Below are positions 1 through 8,648 of a DNA stretch of 64,000 nt, in pieces (within the stretch, counting starts at the first letter, position 1; each line of letters begins with the position of its first letter). The position numbers were made by a program, and so were the translations under genes. The notes below the pieces were generated by a model that was not told where the DNA came from, did no database searches, and worked only from the letters and a program-made list of their open reading frames with translations. This DNA is from Candidatus Micrarchaeota archaeon. Lineage in GTDB: Archaea; Micrarchaeota; Micrarchaeia; Micrarchaeales; CABMGC01. Location of the stretch: assembly GCA_021817125.1 (NCBI GenBank), contig JAKAWC010000001.1, forward strand, positions 12,327 through 76,326. Direction: 5' to 3'.

Positions 1-27
1 TTGCTTTGCCTTTTTCTTGTCCATCAT
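1..27 (-). CDS. partial (5' end only): probable third paralog of the Cys/Ser-rich protein array
   Basis: TGATG overlap with the stop of the upstream gene; reads MMDKKKAKQ, resembling paralog N-termini MNEAQAKQ and MDAAKAME; runs off the window. Confidence 0.5.
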
Positions 28-755
28 CAGAATCCCATCGTGTTTCCCTTGCCGAAGTTCTCTATCGTCCAGTCGATTACCATCTCCTTGATGGGCAGGT
101 ACTCCTCCTTCGTGAACTGCATGTTTCCGATGCAGTACTTCTTGGTGTCTATATTGGAGCAGAACATGCATTCGTAAAGGTCGAAGCTGTTGTTGACGTA
201 CATGCACTTGGACACCTTCTTTGACCACATGACTGCGAAGCTGGACGTGGTGAATGTCGAGTCCAGCACCCGGATACAAGACATTACAGCGTTATTGAAC
301 CTGCATGCGACTATCTGCTTGCAGTTCGAGTTATCCTCTGACAGGACGGCATTCTGGCAGTTGTGCGCGTTGGATGACTTGTAAACGGAGTTGCTATCGA
401 ATATGTTGTCGGATTCTGAGACGCCAATCGAATTGACATACCTGTCACCTAGGAAGTACGCTGATTCCCTCCAAAATGATAGGATATCATTCAGTGAATC
501 TATCTTCTTCGGCTTCGGAATCGTGCCTTTCTCCTGCAGCTCCGTCCCAGTTTGCATAGACATCGCAGAGACGTTGCGCCTCCTCTTCGACCATGTGTCC
601 TTCCCCGTAACGTCATCCTTGACCGGCACGGGTATGGCCAGATCAAAAGCAAACCTTTTCTGTATCTCTCCTAAGGTAAACGGGTTGTCCCTGCCAAAGA
701 TATCCTTGAACACGAAGTTTACGGTCTCCATCGCTTTTGCGGCGTCCATGTTCAT
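27..755 (-). CDS. Cys/Ser/Asn-rich hypothetical protein (putative beta-helix), paralog 2
   Basis: Start MNMDAAK at 755 makes an ATGA overlap with the previous stop; aligns end to end with 752..1486 (VFKDxFG, SDNI, SSFAxxWSKKVSxCMY, ECMFCSN...KYC..N.Q.TK..Y). Confidence 0.8.
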   Translation of the reverse strand: MNMDAAKAMETVNFVFKDIFGRDNPFTLGEIQKRFAFDLAIPVPVKDDVTGKDTWSKRRRNVSAMSMQTGTELQEKGTIPKPKKIDSLNDILSFWRESAYFLGDRYVNSIGVSESDNIFDSNSVYKSSNAHNCQNAVLSEDNSNCKQIVACRFNNAVMSCIRVLDSTFTTSSFAVMWSKKVSKCMYVNNSFDLYECMFCSNIDTKKYCIGNMQFTKEEYLPIKEMVIDWTIENFGKGNTMGF

Positions 756-1486
756 GCCTCGAAACCCTGGCTGTTCGATTTGCCGAAATTTTTGATCGTC
801 CAGTCTATGACCTGCGCCTTGAAGGGGAGATACTGATCTTTCGTCAGCTGCGTATTGGCTACGCAGTATTTCTGCGAGCGCATGTTGGAGCAGAACATGC
901 ACTCGAACATGTCCTCGCAGTCATTGAGGTACATACATCTTGATACTTTCTTTGACCACTCTATGGCGAAGCTTGATGTCACCTGGGCGCTCTCCAGAAC
1001 ACGTATGCAGGCGGTGGAGTCGTCAGTATACGAACACCCGACAGTGTACTTGCATGCGGACAGGTTGGTGCTAAAGACGCATTTCTCCGAGCCAAAGCAT
1101 TTTGCCGACCTAAATATATAGGTACTCCCGTAGATGTTATCCGACTCGGCGACCTCTCTTGAGTCTATAGTCTTCTCCCCCGTAAAGTAGTCGATCTCAC
1201 CCCAGTACTTAGATATGTCGGCCATGGTCTTTATCGGCTTCTTCTCCTTTATCCAGGCATTCTTCTTCGAGTCTATCAGGAGGTTGGCCTGCGACATGGT
1301 CTTCGCGGCGCCGGATGAAGTCACCCACGTGAAGCCGCCAGGCGTGCGGTCGTCGTTCGTTCTTTGCGGCAGGGGCAAGCCGAAAGCAAATTTATCGAGA
1401 GTCTCCTGCATGGTGAACGGATTAGGCTGACCGAAGACGTCCTTGAAGACATAGTCCGCTATCTGCTTCGCCTGGGCCTCGTTCAT
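752..1486 (-). CDS. Cys/Ser/Asn-rich hypothetical protein (putative beta-helix), paralog 1
   Basis: Start MNEAQAKQ at 1486 overlaps the ATPase stop (ATGA); obvious paralog of 27..755. Confidence 0.8.
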   Translation of the reverse strand: MNEAQAKQIADYVFKDVFGQPNPFTMQETLDKFAFGLPLPQRTNDDRTPGGFTWVTSSGAAKTMSQANLLIDSKKNAWIKEKKPIKTMADISKYWGEIDYFTGEKTIDSREVAESDNIYGSTYIFRSAKCFGSEKCVFSTNLSACKYTVGCSYTDDSTACIRVLESAQVTSSFAIEWSKKVSRCMYLNDCEDMFECMFCSNMRSQKYCVANTQLTKDQYLPFKAQVIDWTIKNFGKSNSQGFEA

Positions 1487-3228
1487 ATAGCTCCCATGTC
1501 CGGGGTGCGTGCCTTGAAGACATCGTAGAACTTCCCGTTTGCATAGCACCTTACCAGGCAGTACCGGGTGTTAAGCAGCGTTATCGCCTTTATCTTCAGC
1601 TCCTCCTTGGACTCGCGCTTTTCCTCCCACTGCTTCACTACCTCCTCCGGGATGTCTATGTCAAAGTTCTTGGTCAGGATCTTCGCGTCCTCTTCTGGCG
1701 CCCTGAATATGAAATAGTTGAAAGTGTTGGACAGTATTCCCTTCAGCAGCTCCGGCTTGAGCTGGTTCAGGTACTGCACTGACAGGAATAGCGAGAGATT
1801 GAACTTCCTCGCCTCAGCCAATATCGTGACCAACGCATCGCTCTGGACCACCGACGCCTCGTCGACTATGAGTATAATCTTCTTATTGACCTGCCTGTTC
1901 TGCGAGATCAGGAAAACCTGCTGTATTAGCAGCCCGGCGATCAGCCTCGTGGCCCTCTCCCCAAGGAATATCCTTGAAAGGGAGAAGGTGGTGAGGAAGT
2001 TCTTGTTCAGTATGTCAACAAGGGCGTCGGATGACTGGCTCCCGAAGACGGGCAGGAAGTTCAGCTCATCGATCAGGGTGAGCACCGGCATGACGGCAGT
2101 CTCATAGAACTTGGTCTGGATCTCGGGGAACTCGGCGTCGAAGAAGTGGATCATGTTGTCTTCTATGTTGGGCTTCTTGAAGACCTCCGTCCTGTACTCG
2201 TACTCTGTCAGGAACTTCTTGATGTTGAAGAGCGACATCTCGTTCGCCGAGAAGAGGACGTATAGGGTATACTTCAGCACCTGTTCCATCTTTGCATTGA
2301 ACTGGCTCTCGAGCAGCATCTTGAACAGCATTATGGTGAGTTCTGTTGCTATCTTGGGGTTCGACCTCTTTGAGAATAGGTCGCACGCGCTCTTCATGAA
2401 GTCTATGTTTACTGACGGCTGTATCTGGTTGAGGTCTGCATATAACGATGCGTGGGGGTCTATCACGACCACGGCATACTCCTCCTGGAGCCGTCGTTTG
2501 ACCAGCTCCTTTACAAAGAGACCGAGGAACTTGGATTTTCCGACTCCAGTCTGCCCTATCACCATTGTATGCTTGTCAAACTCGTACGCCTTCAGCGGGA
2601 GGTAGTTCTGCGTCGCCAGGTACGGGAAGCCGTCGACCTCGAGGAAGCCTTCCTTCTGTTCGTGCGTAAAGAGCCGGGTGACGTTCTCTATCTTCAGGTA
2701 TATCGGAATCTCCTTCTTCTTGTATTTGACGCTCTGGGTCCAGTCTATCCTGTCGAGCAGGTAGAAAGGTATGGACGGAAGCGTCAGGTTTATCACTATC
2801 GGCCTCCCACTGGCCTTCTCAAAGTATAGGGAGATCCAGTTCTGGTGTATCTTCTTCAGGTGGGACTTGAAGTGCCACAGAACCTTCTTCAGCGCCCTTC
2901 CCTTCTTGAGCTCCTCCCTCTCCTTTATGTCCAATATGGACTTGTCAAGGGGCAGCGTCATCAGGGCTATGGTCATGGATGCGCCTTCCGGCACCCAGTT
3001 CTCCCTATGCTCTGGCTTGAAGATGAATGGCTGTATCCTTGTAGTCAGGTTGGAGAGGTCGCGCTTCGTGTGCAGATGGAACTCCACTTCGCTCTTCTCG
3101 AAGTTTATCTCAAGGATGAAGTCGTTGTCGTAGTCGAAAACAGCGTTGATGAATCTCTCCCAGCGTATGTCTGCGGGCTTGTCCTTCTGGATATAGATCT
3201 CGAAACTGTGCTTGTAGCCGCTAATCAT
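1483..3228 (-). CDS. HerA/FtsK-superfamily ATPase (DUF87, VirD4/TraG-like)
   Basis: Walker A GQTGVGKS, IDPH motif, Walker B LIVDEA, ARKF...SVQYLNQL; ATG start at 3228 preferred over the upstream GTG. Confidence 0.85.
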   Translation of the reverse strand: MISGYKHSFEIYIQKDKPADIRWERFINAVFDYDNDFILEINFEKSEVEFHLHTKRDLSNLTTRIQPFIFKPEHRENWVPEGASMTIALMTLPLDKSILDIKEREELKKGRALKKVLWHFKSHLKKIHQNWISLYFEKASGRPIVINLTLPSIPFYLLDRIDWTQSVKYKKKEIPIYLKIENVTRLFTHEQKEGFLEVDGFPYLATQNYLPLKAYEFDKHTMVIGQTGVGKSKFLGLFVKELVKRRLQEEYAVVVIDPHASLYADLNQIQPSVNIDFMKSACDLFSKRSNPKIATELTIMLFKMLLESQFNAKMEQVLKYTLYVLFSANEMSLFNIKKFLTEYEYRTEVFKKPNIEDNMIHFFDAEFPEIQTKFYETAVMPVLTLIDELNFLPVFGSQSSDALVDILNKNFLTTFSLSRIFLGERATRLIAGLLIQQVFLISQNRQVNKKIILIVDEASVVQSDALVTILAEARKFNLSLFLSVQYLNQLKPELLKGILSNTFNYFIFRAPEEDAKILTKNFDIDIPEEVVKQWEEKRESKEELKIKAITLLNTRYCLVRCYANGKFYDVFKARTPDMGAI

Positions 3229-3331
3229 TAGATTCACTTTTCGTACTGAGCGTCGTTTTCGTGATATCCTATTCCTCTTTATCCATTTAAATAGGTTTTG
3301 CGGAAAGCGTAGTCTCACTGTTTATAGCCCA

Positions 3332-3793
3332 TTAGGGTCTGCGCTTGCGGTATGAGACAAGAGTTGATAGTCTAGACCTTGACGACCTGTCCTGAGGGCC
3401 ATAGACTACGCCGTGCCGCCTGAGGAGCCTCCAGATGCTCGATATGGAGAGCTTCTTCCCGGTGAACTTCCATATCAGGTGCTGCACCTTCCAGTAGGAC
3501 CAAGCGGGAGTTTTGAAGCCAAACTTTGTCGCTGGAGACCTAATGCTGCTGATGATCTTCGCAGACTCACGCGCGGAGAGCTTCGGCTTGGGACCCGGCG
3601 CCTTCTTTGACAGAAGTGCGCGCCTCCCGCCGCGCTTGTATGCGGTGAACCACCTTGTCACCGCCCTCCGGTTCATCCCGAACGCTGCGGCGATCTCGGA
3701 GACCCTCCACCCGCTCCTGCGCAGCTCGATCGCCCTGAACCTCTGCTTCTCGAGCATCTCGTGAACCAGGTGGCGGCCTATCCCCTTATCCAT
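3332..3793 (-). CDS. helix-turn-helix protein related to the IS630 transposase N-terminal DNA-binding region, without a DDE domain
   Basis: SEIAAAFGMNRRAVTRW...GPKPKLS...WS...LSISSIWRLLRRHG pattern of IS630 OrfA-type double HTH; no catalytic ORF follows. Confidence 0.75.
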   Translation of the reverse strand: MDKGIGRHLVHEMLEKQRFRAIELRRSGWRVSEIAAAFGMNRRAVTRWFTAYKRGGRRALLSKKAPGPKPKLSARESAKIISSIRSPATKFGFKTPAWSYWKVQHLIWKFTGKKLSISSIWRLLRRHGVVYGPQDRSSRSRLSTLVSYRKRRP

Positions 3794-3836
3794 AGTATGA
3801 AATAAACAGAAAAAGGTATAAGTTGCTTTGCGGCGC

Positions 3837-4658
3837 TCACATTGCCGGCATCGGTGTTTTTGGCTTCCTCATGCGCACCCAGACCAGGACGGCTATCACG
3901 ATGATTGCTACGGCGGCTATGCCTCCATAGAGCGCTGTATTGCTGCCGCCGGAAGGTGGCTGTGTGGGGATGGTCGGCTGCGTATTCTGGATGCTTATGG
4001 TCGGGGACGTTGAAGATGCCGGTCCGCCGCCTATAGTAGTAGTTGTGGAGAACTTGGGAGGCGTAGCGCCGGTGGTGAAAACCCATAGCGCTGGCGCACT
4101 GAGCGATAGCGTTGTGGTGTTGCCTGTGGTCTGGTTGTACGACGCCCAGTTTAGCTGGCCGGAGTAGCTGCCCCCGATATATTGCTGCTCGGGGGTGCCA
4201 TCAAAATAGGTATGACCATTGTTGTCGACAGTGCCACCGGTCCATAACCATATCCCCTCGGTGGATGGATAACGGACTGAGACTTGGAGCGCTACCGGAG
4301 AGCCGCTCGAAGAGACAAACCGCCCGGTCAGGTTGTTGTTTATCTCAAACGCCGTCCCGTACGATGCGTTCTGACCCGTGCCAGATGGGTTTGGCACAGA
4401 ACTCAGCCAGAAGTTCTCAATCCTGAAACTGTAGGTGGACAGCTGCTGACCGTTGACCAGCGCGTACGTGCCAGCGGGTATGTGGACAAGAACTGGCACC
4501 CCGACAGCATCAACATAACCACCTGTCGATGCGTTGATGACACCGGTTGCGCTCCCAGAGAAGTTGAACGTGGGCGTTCCAGTACTCTGTGCGAACGCGG
4601 TGGGCGCCATAACGGCGAAAGAGACTGCGAATAATAGTATGGCTTCGTGTGGCCTCAT
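3837..4658 (-). CDS. secreted/surface protein with a C-terminal membrane anchor
   Basis: Signal peptide (..AFA|Q), Thr/Ser/Gly-rich body, GGSNTALY + TM helix + RMRKPK tail. Confidence 0.8.
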   Translation of the reverse strand: MRPHEAILLFAVSFAVMAPTAFAQSTGTPTFNFSGSATGVINASTGGYVDAVGVPVLVHIPAGTYALVNGQQLSTYSFRIENFWLSSVPNPSGTGQNASYGTAFEINNNLTGRFVSSSGSPVALQVSVRYPSTEGIWLWTGGTVDNNGHTYFDGTPEQQYIGGSYSGQLNWASYNQTTGNTTTLSLSAPALWVFTTGATPPKFSTTTTIGGGPASSTSPTISIQNTQPTIPTQPPSGGSNTALYGGIAAVAIIVIAVLVWVRMRKPKTPMPAM

Positions 4659-4686
4659 CGTATCTCCCTTCTATTAACGATACTAG

Positions 4687-4700
4687 CATTTATATACTTA
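4687..4700 (-). promoter_or_regulatory. archaeal TATA-box promoter
   Basis: TTAAGTATATAAAT on the coding strand about 30 nt upstream of the 4658 ATG; near-identical motif upstream of 6481. Confidence 0.55.
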
Positions 4701-4740
4701 ATCTGGCGCAGCATCCGTTGCGACGCTGAAGCTCATTGAT

Positions 4741-6033
4741 GTAAACTACCCACGACTAAAGTCGTAGGCTTTCCATCAGTTGATAAGCATGTTGCACAGC
4801 AACGTTGGGCAAACCAACTTCATCGGACAAACGAGGTCGTTTACAAAGACCCTCCCTATTGGAAATCTGGAAGGGTTTTCGGTCAAGAATATCCTTCCGC
4901 TCCAAGAGGCATTTCAATGCAATGTTCTTGCTTGCATTTCGGTCGGAGTTCACGACAACCCCGCATCCCTTGCATCTGAACAGGGCATAGTTGGAACTAC
5001 TGTGTCCTTGTTTCGCGACAGCACCGCAGTGCGAACAGAACTTGGATGTGTGCCAACTGTCCAAGACATCGAGTGTAATCTTCTTGTCAAAGCAACGGGA
5101 GGCGAGGATTTCCCTGAATTTAAAGAAAGGCATCCTCATTACAATCTTGTTGAAGTTCTTTCCCTTGCTTCTGAATCGTTTAAGGTCTTCGATGGAGATG
5201 TCGGTATTATATTTCAACGCAATCTCGGTTATCTTTTTAATCATCTGGCCGAGATTCGTCTCGACAAAGGCGTATTCGCGGGTCTTCAATCTGCGCAGAG
5301 CAGGGAGATTGTTGGAACTCTGCATCAGGGAACGCCTGTGCATCATTGTCTTCCTCTTCATCCATATATGCAGTCCGAAGTAGGTCTGGTAAAGGACTTT
5401 GCCTCTGCCAGAAAGGACGCTAACGGCGATCCTCTTTGCGTTGAAGTCGATACCCAAGACGTTCTTCTTCTGGGGCAGTTCAACCTCGTCTTTGGAAAGA
5501 TACGCAACAACCTCAAGTCTGGAAGTCAAACCATAGGTTTTGCACGTCCATCCATTCTTCATGAGATCAGAGTATCTCTGGAAATTCCTATTCTTCTTTA
5601 CGGGAACAGAAATGGGATTCTTGGAAAATACGGAGAATTTAACAAAAGGCAGGGTCATGGCAAAAGTCTTACAGTTTCGGGGGACGTTGAATTTGAGGGT
5701 AATTCCTTTCGACTTGCCTTTGCTTCTCCAGACAGAGCGTTCAATGTCGCAGACAACCTGCGAATTAAAAGAGGTGCGTTTTTTGCAGTCTGAATACACT
5801 TTCTTATGGAAATCCATGAATCTGGAGCAGAAGTCTCTCCCATCCCAAAGACGATTGAATTCGGAGGTTGCGATGGACATCACCTTCTTCAATGTAGCCT
5901 CTTTAGATGTGGTTGCACATACTTGCAATAGGATAGAGCGTTTCATATCCTTGACCATAGGTATATGCGCAATCGGTTATATAGGCATATACCCGAATTC
6001 CTCCCACGATTCAAATCGTGGGTTTCCTTCAGG
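4741..6033 (-). mobile_element. IS200/IS605-family (IS1341-like, tnpB-only) element
   Basis: Subterminal hairpins CCCACGATTCAAATCGTGGG (6003-6022) and CCCACGACTAAAGTCGTAGG (4749-4768) flank tnpB; no tnpA inside; TTTAC at both inferred cleavage points. Confidence 0.85.
4756..5958 (-). CDS. tnpB: RNA-guided endonuclease TnpB (Cas12f-like size)
   Basis: RuvC-I VLGIDFN, RuvC-II ISIEDL, zinc finger CSHCG...CKGCG, RuvC-III NSDRNASKNI; 400 aa. Confidence 0.92.
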   Translation of the reverse strand: MVKDMKRSILLQVCATTSKEATLKKVMSIATSEFNRLWDGRDFCSRFMDFHKKVYSDCKKRTSFNSQVVCDIERSVWRSKGKSKGITLKFNVPRNCKTFAMTLPFVKFSVFSKNPISVPVKKNRNFQRYSDLMKNGWTCKTYGLTSRLEVVAYLSKDEVELPQKKNVLGIDFNAKRIAVSVLSGRGKVLYQTYFGLHIWMKRKTMMHRRSLMQSSNNLPALRRLKTREYAFVETNLGQMIKKITEIALKYNTDISIEDLKRFRSKGKNFNKIVMRMPFFKFREILASRCFDKKITLDVLDSWHTSKFCSHCGAVAKQGHSSSNYALFRCKGCGVVVNSDRNASKNIALKCLLERKDILDRKPFQISNREGLCKRPRLSDEVGLPNVAVQHAYQLMESLRL

Positions 6034-6044
6034 GTAAATCTATG

Positions 6045-6082
6045 AAATAAAAAGAAAAGGCGCAGGGGCAGACACCCCTGCG
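6045..6082 (-). terminator. hairpin plus U-tract terminator of 6095..6481
   Basis: CGCAGGGG-N6-CCCCTGCG perfect stem followed on the minus strand by CCTTTTCTTTTTATTT. Confidence 0.6.
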
Positions 6083-6094
6083 TTTATTGGGCGG

Positions 6095-6481
6095 TTACTT
6101 CTTTCCCTTCTTGTTCATCATCATCCAGGCTGCCACTAGTATGATGATTACCACAATCACTATGCCGATGTAGAGCGCGGTGTTGCTGCCAGCTCCGCCG
6201 TATCCGCTTCCCCCATTGCCAGTCGCGTTCGTCGCGGTGACCGTCGTAGGCGAGACCGTCTGGTTTATTGTCGAGGAGAACTGCGGTACTGTAGTCAATA
6301 TCCCGTTTATGGTGACTGCTGTCGGTGGCGTGTACGGCACCGGTGCTATCGTCGTAATGGTCTTCTGCGTTATGAAGACTATCATCTGCGTTGGCGATAT
6401 GCCGTGTGTCTGTGCGAATGCCAGCCCTACCAGTGCTGCTCCGGCTAATGCAAGTAGCATTAATACTACATGTAACTTCAT
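6095..6481 (-). CDS. small Thr-rich surface protein with a C-terminal membrane anchor
   Basis: Signal peptide (..AFA|Q), Thr-rich body, GAGSNTALY + TM + NKKGKK. Confidence 0.8.
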   Translation of the reverse strand: MKLHVVLMLLALAGAALVGLAFAQTHGISPTQMIVFITQKTITTIAPVPYTPPTAVTINGILTTVPQFSSTINQTVSPTTVTATNATGNGGSGYGGAGSNTALYIGIVIVVIIILVAAWMMMNKKGKK

Positions 6482-6544
6482 TAAATCACGGATGTAATAG
6501 CAATCTGAAGATTTATATACCTAACTAGTTCTCGCCATGTGGCG

Positions 6545-7423
6545 CTACAACGGTTCCTTATCCAGGTAATGCTTCATGCTCGCTATTGCCTTCTGCGCCA
6601 GGGCCCTATCGCGCGTCTGCACGGCGGCGAAATGCGCAAGCCACACTGACTGGTAGAGTGAGTAGAAGAGGACCCTCTCGTCATCTATCTTCCCGTAGCC
6701 TTGCACGAAGCTGTCGATGAGGTCGGTCCCGTAGCAGTTCTGGTTCACCACCGCGACATCGAACATCGGATCACCAGAGATTGCGCTGGTCGCATCTATT
6801 ATGCCGCGTATGCTTCCTTTGTCGACAACTATGTTGCTCTGGGTAAGGTCCGCGTGCACCAGACGCGGATCATCGAACTCGAGTGGTCCTTCAGAGTTCC
6901 TAACGTAAAAGTTCATGGCTCGGTTGAGCGTCTTGTCGTCCACTATCCTGTTCACCTTGAGTTGCGTCATTATCTTCTTGAAGAAAGGATCCATGAAATC
7001 GGTCCAGGTCTCATTCCCGCCTACCCCTTCCTCGATGAGGTACCCGAACTTCCTCGTCCTTACCGAGTGCATCTTCTTCGCGAACCTGCCAAGGTCCTCC
7101 ATCACCTCTCTGGTCTGCGTGGGGGACAGGTCTGCCTCGCCCATCTGCTTGCCGGGTACGAACTCCTCTATTATATAGTCACGGCCGGTGTCAAGCACCT
7201 TGGGCACGGGGACGCCGAGCCTCGTCCACTGCCTGAGCGCCCACGCCTCGCTTAGCACCTTGCTGCGCTTCTGCTTCGTTGGGAACTTGACAACGAGCCT
7301 GCCACCGCTCGTTTCGACGATATAGACCATATTATCGAAGCCCTTGTGATTCTCCTTTATCTCCTTTACGATTAGACCCGTCTTCGACTTGACGATGCGC
7401 TTTATCACTGGGGCGTAGTGCAT
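6545..7423 (-). CDS. aminoglycoside phosphotransferase/choline kinase-family protein
   Basis: LVVKF, GVPVPKVL, Brenner motif LVHADL..SNI, GIID; start MHYAP at 7423. Confidence 0.85.
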   Translation of the reverse strand: MHYAPVIKRIVKSKTGLIVKEIKENHKGFDNMVYIVETSGGRLVVKFPTKQKRSKVLSEAWALRQWTRLGVPVPKVLDTGRDYIIEEFVPGKQMGEADLSPTQTREVMEDLGRFAKKMHSVRTRKFGYLIEEGVGGNETWTDFMDPFFKKIMTQLKVNRIVDDKTLNRAMNFYVRNSEGPLEFDDPRLVHADLTQSNIVVDKGSIRGIIDATSAISGDPMFDVAVVNQNCYGTDLIDSFVQGYGKIDDERVLFYSLYQSVWLAHFAAVQTRDRALAQKAIASMKHYLDKEPL

Positions 7424-7494
7424 AAAGGGAAAGCTCAGAGGACATTTAAATCTGTTTGGATTGAAAACTGAGTCTGGCATGTGAGAAGGCGCAG

Positions 7495-7942
7495 GTGCAC
7501 CTTTTCGGAGGAGAGGAAGACAACTGCGTATTCTGCAGGATCGCTCATGGAGAGGATCCGGGAGAGGCTGGCATTCGAGGACGCGAACACCGTCGCATTC
7601 TTAGATCGCAGACCCGTGTTCGGGGGACACTATCTGCTCACCCCGAAGGAGCGTGTTGTCGACATGAGCGGGGCCTCGGATGGACTGCTCGGGCGCATGT
7701 TCGCGAGCGCCAATGCCGTGGCGCAGGCTGTGGAGAAGGCGATGGACGCCGACGGCACTTTCGTAGCGGTGAACAACAGAGTAAGCCAATCTGTGGCACA
7801 CCTGCATATACCGATAGTGCCGCGGAAACAGAAGGACGGACCCCGCGGGTTCTTCTGGCCTATGACGCGGTATGCGAGCGACGGGGAGCTGTGGAGCGTA
7901 AGAGACAGGATCCGCAAAGAGACCCGATCTGTCAAGAAGTAG
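7495..7942 (+). pseudogene. HIT-family nucleotide hydrolase, frameshifted and with a degenerate triad
   Basis: N-terminal DNCVFCRIAHGE in the 7495 frame; body (FED..AFLD..P...GHYL..PK..QSVAHLHIPIVPR) in the 7481 frame; third His of HxHxH replaced by Pro. Confidence 0.75.
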
Positions 7943-8579
7943 CTTCGGGTCTTGTGTTCGGGCATGGGTCGCCATTGAGCATCTTGCAGTAGTATTTCTT
8001 GTCGACTTTTATCCCTAGGTTGAAGAGCATCTCGAGGAGTTTGCAGAGCGGCAGGCCGGCGATCCCGTTCTCACAGCCGGATATGTCCTTCGTGAGCGCC
8101 CGCCCGTCTGACAGTACGTTGTAGCCTCCAGCGGCATCCAATCCGTCTCCTGATGCCGCGTAGTCTGCAATCTCCCTGTCGGAGTAGTCGCGCATCTCTA
8201 TGTGCGCAACGTTAGCATCGGTCATTATCATCCCGGTGGACGTGTCCATCACGGTTATGCCCGTGATTATTGTGTGCTTCTTGCCGCGGAGCTCGGAGAG
8301 CATCCTTGCGTTGTCTGCGGCATCCTTTGGCTTGCCGTAGAGTTTTCCACCCAGCTCCACCATGGTATCGGCGGCAACGATGACCCCCTGATTCGTCCTG
8401 GCGACAGCCTCTGCTTTCCTTGTTGCGATCGTTCGTACCGCATCTACTGGCTTCTCCCCTTCGGGAAGCGTCTCATCCGCGTTGCTGGGGATGACCTCCA
8501 CCTTGAAAAGGAGCTGAGAGACTATCTTGAGCCTTCTCGGCGACGCCGAAGCCAGTATTATGGTCCTTCGTCTGGGCAT
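7932..8579 (-). CDS. maf: Maf-family nucleoside triphosphate pyrophosphatase
   Basis: IILASASPRR, A..KAEAV, IVAADTMV, GKP, AGGY, GLPL. Confidence 0.92.
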   Translation of the reverse strand: MPRRRTIILASASPRRLKIVSQLLFKVEVIPSNADETLPEGEKPVDAVRTIATRKAEAVARTNQGVIVAADTMVELGGKLYGKPKDAADNARMLSELRGKKHTIITGITVMDTSTGMIMTDANVAHIEMRDYSDREIADYAASGDGLDAAGGYNVLSDGRALTKDISGCENGIAGLPLCKLLEMLFNLGIKVDKKYYCKMLNGDPCPNTRPEATS

Positions 8580-8648
8580 TCGTTCACGAATAAACTTTGA
8601 TGGGAAAGTATATAATTATTGGATTGGTACAATCCGTGAGGGCTTTTT

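Noticed and set aside
4780..5793. 337-aa + strand ORF antisense to tnpB
   Set aside because: Shadow frame of a well-supported gene; no motifs.
4600..6100. TnpB as a Cas12f/Cas14 CRISPR effector
   Set aside because: No repeat-spacer array or cas1/2/4 nearby; it is flanked by IS200/IS605 end hairpins.
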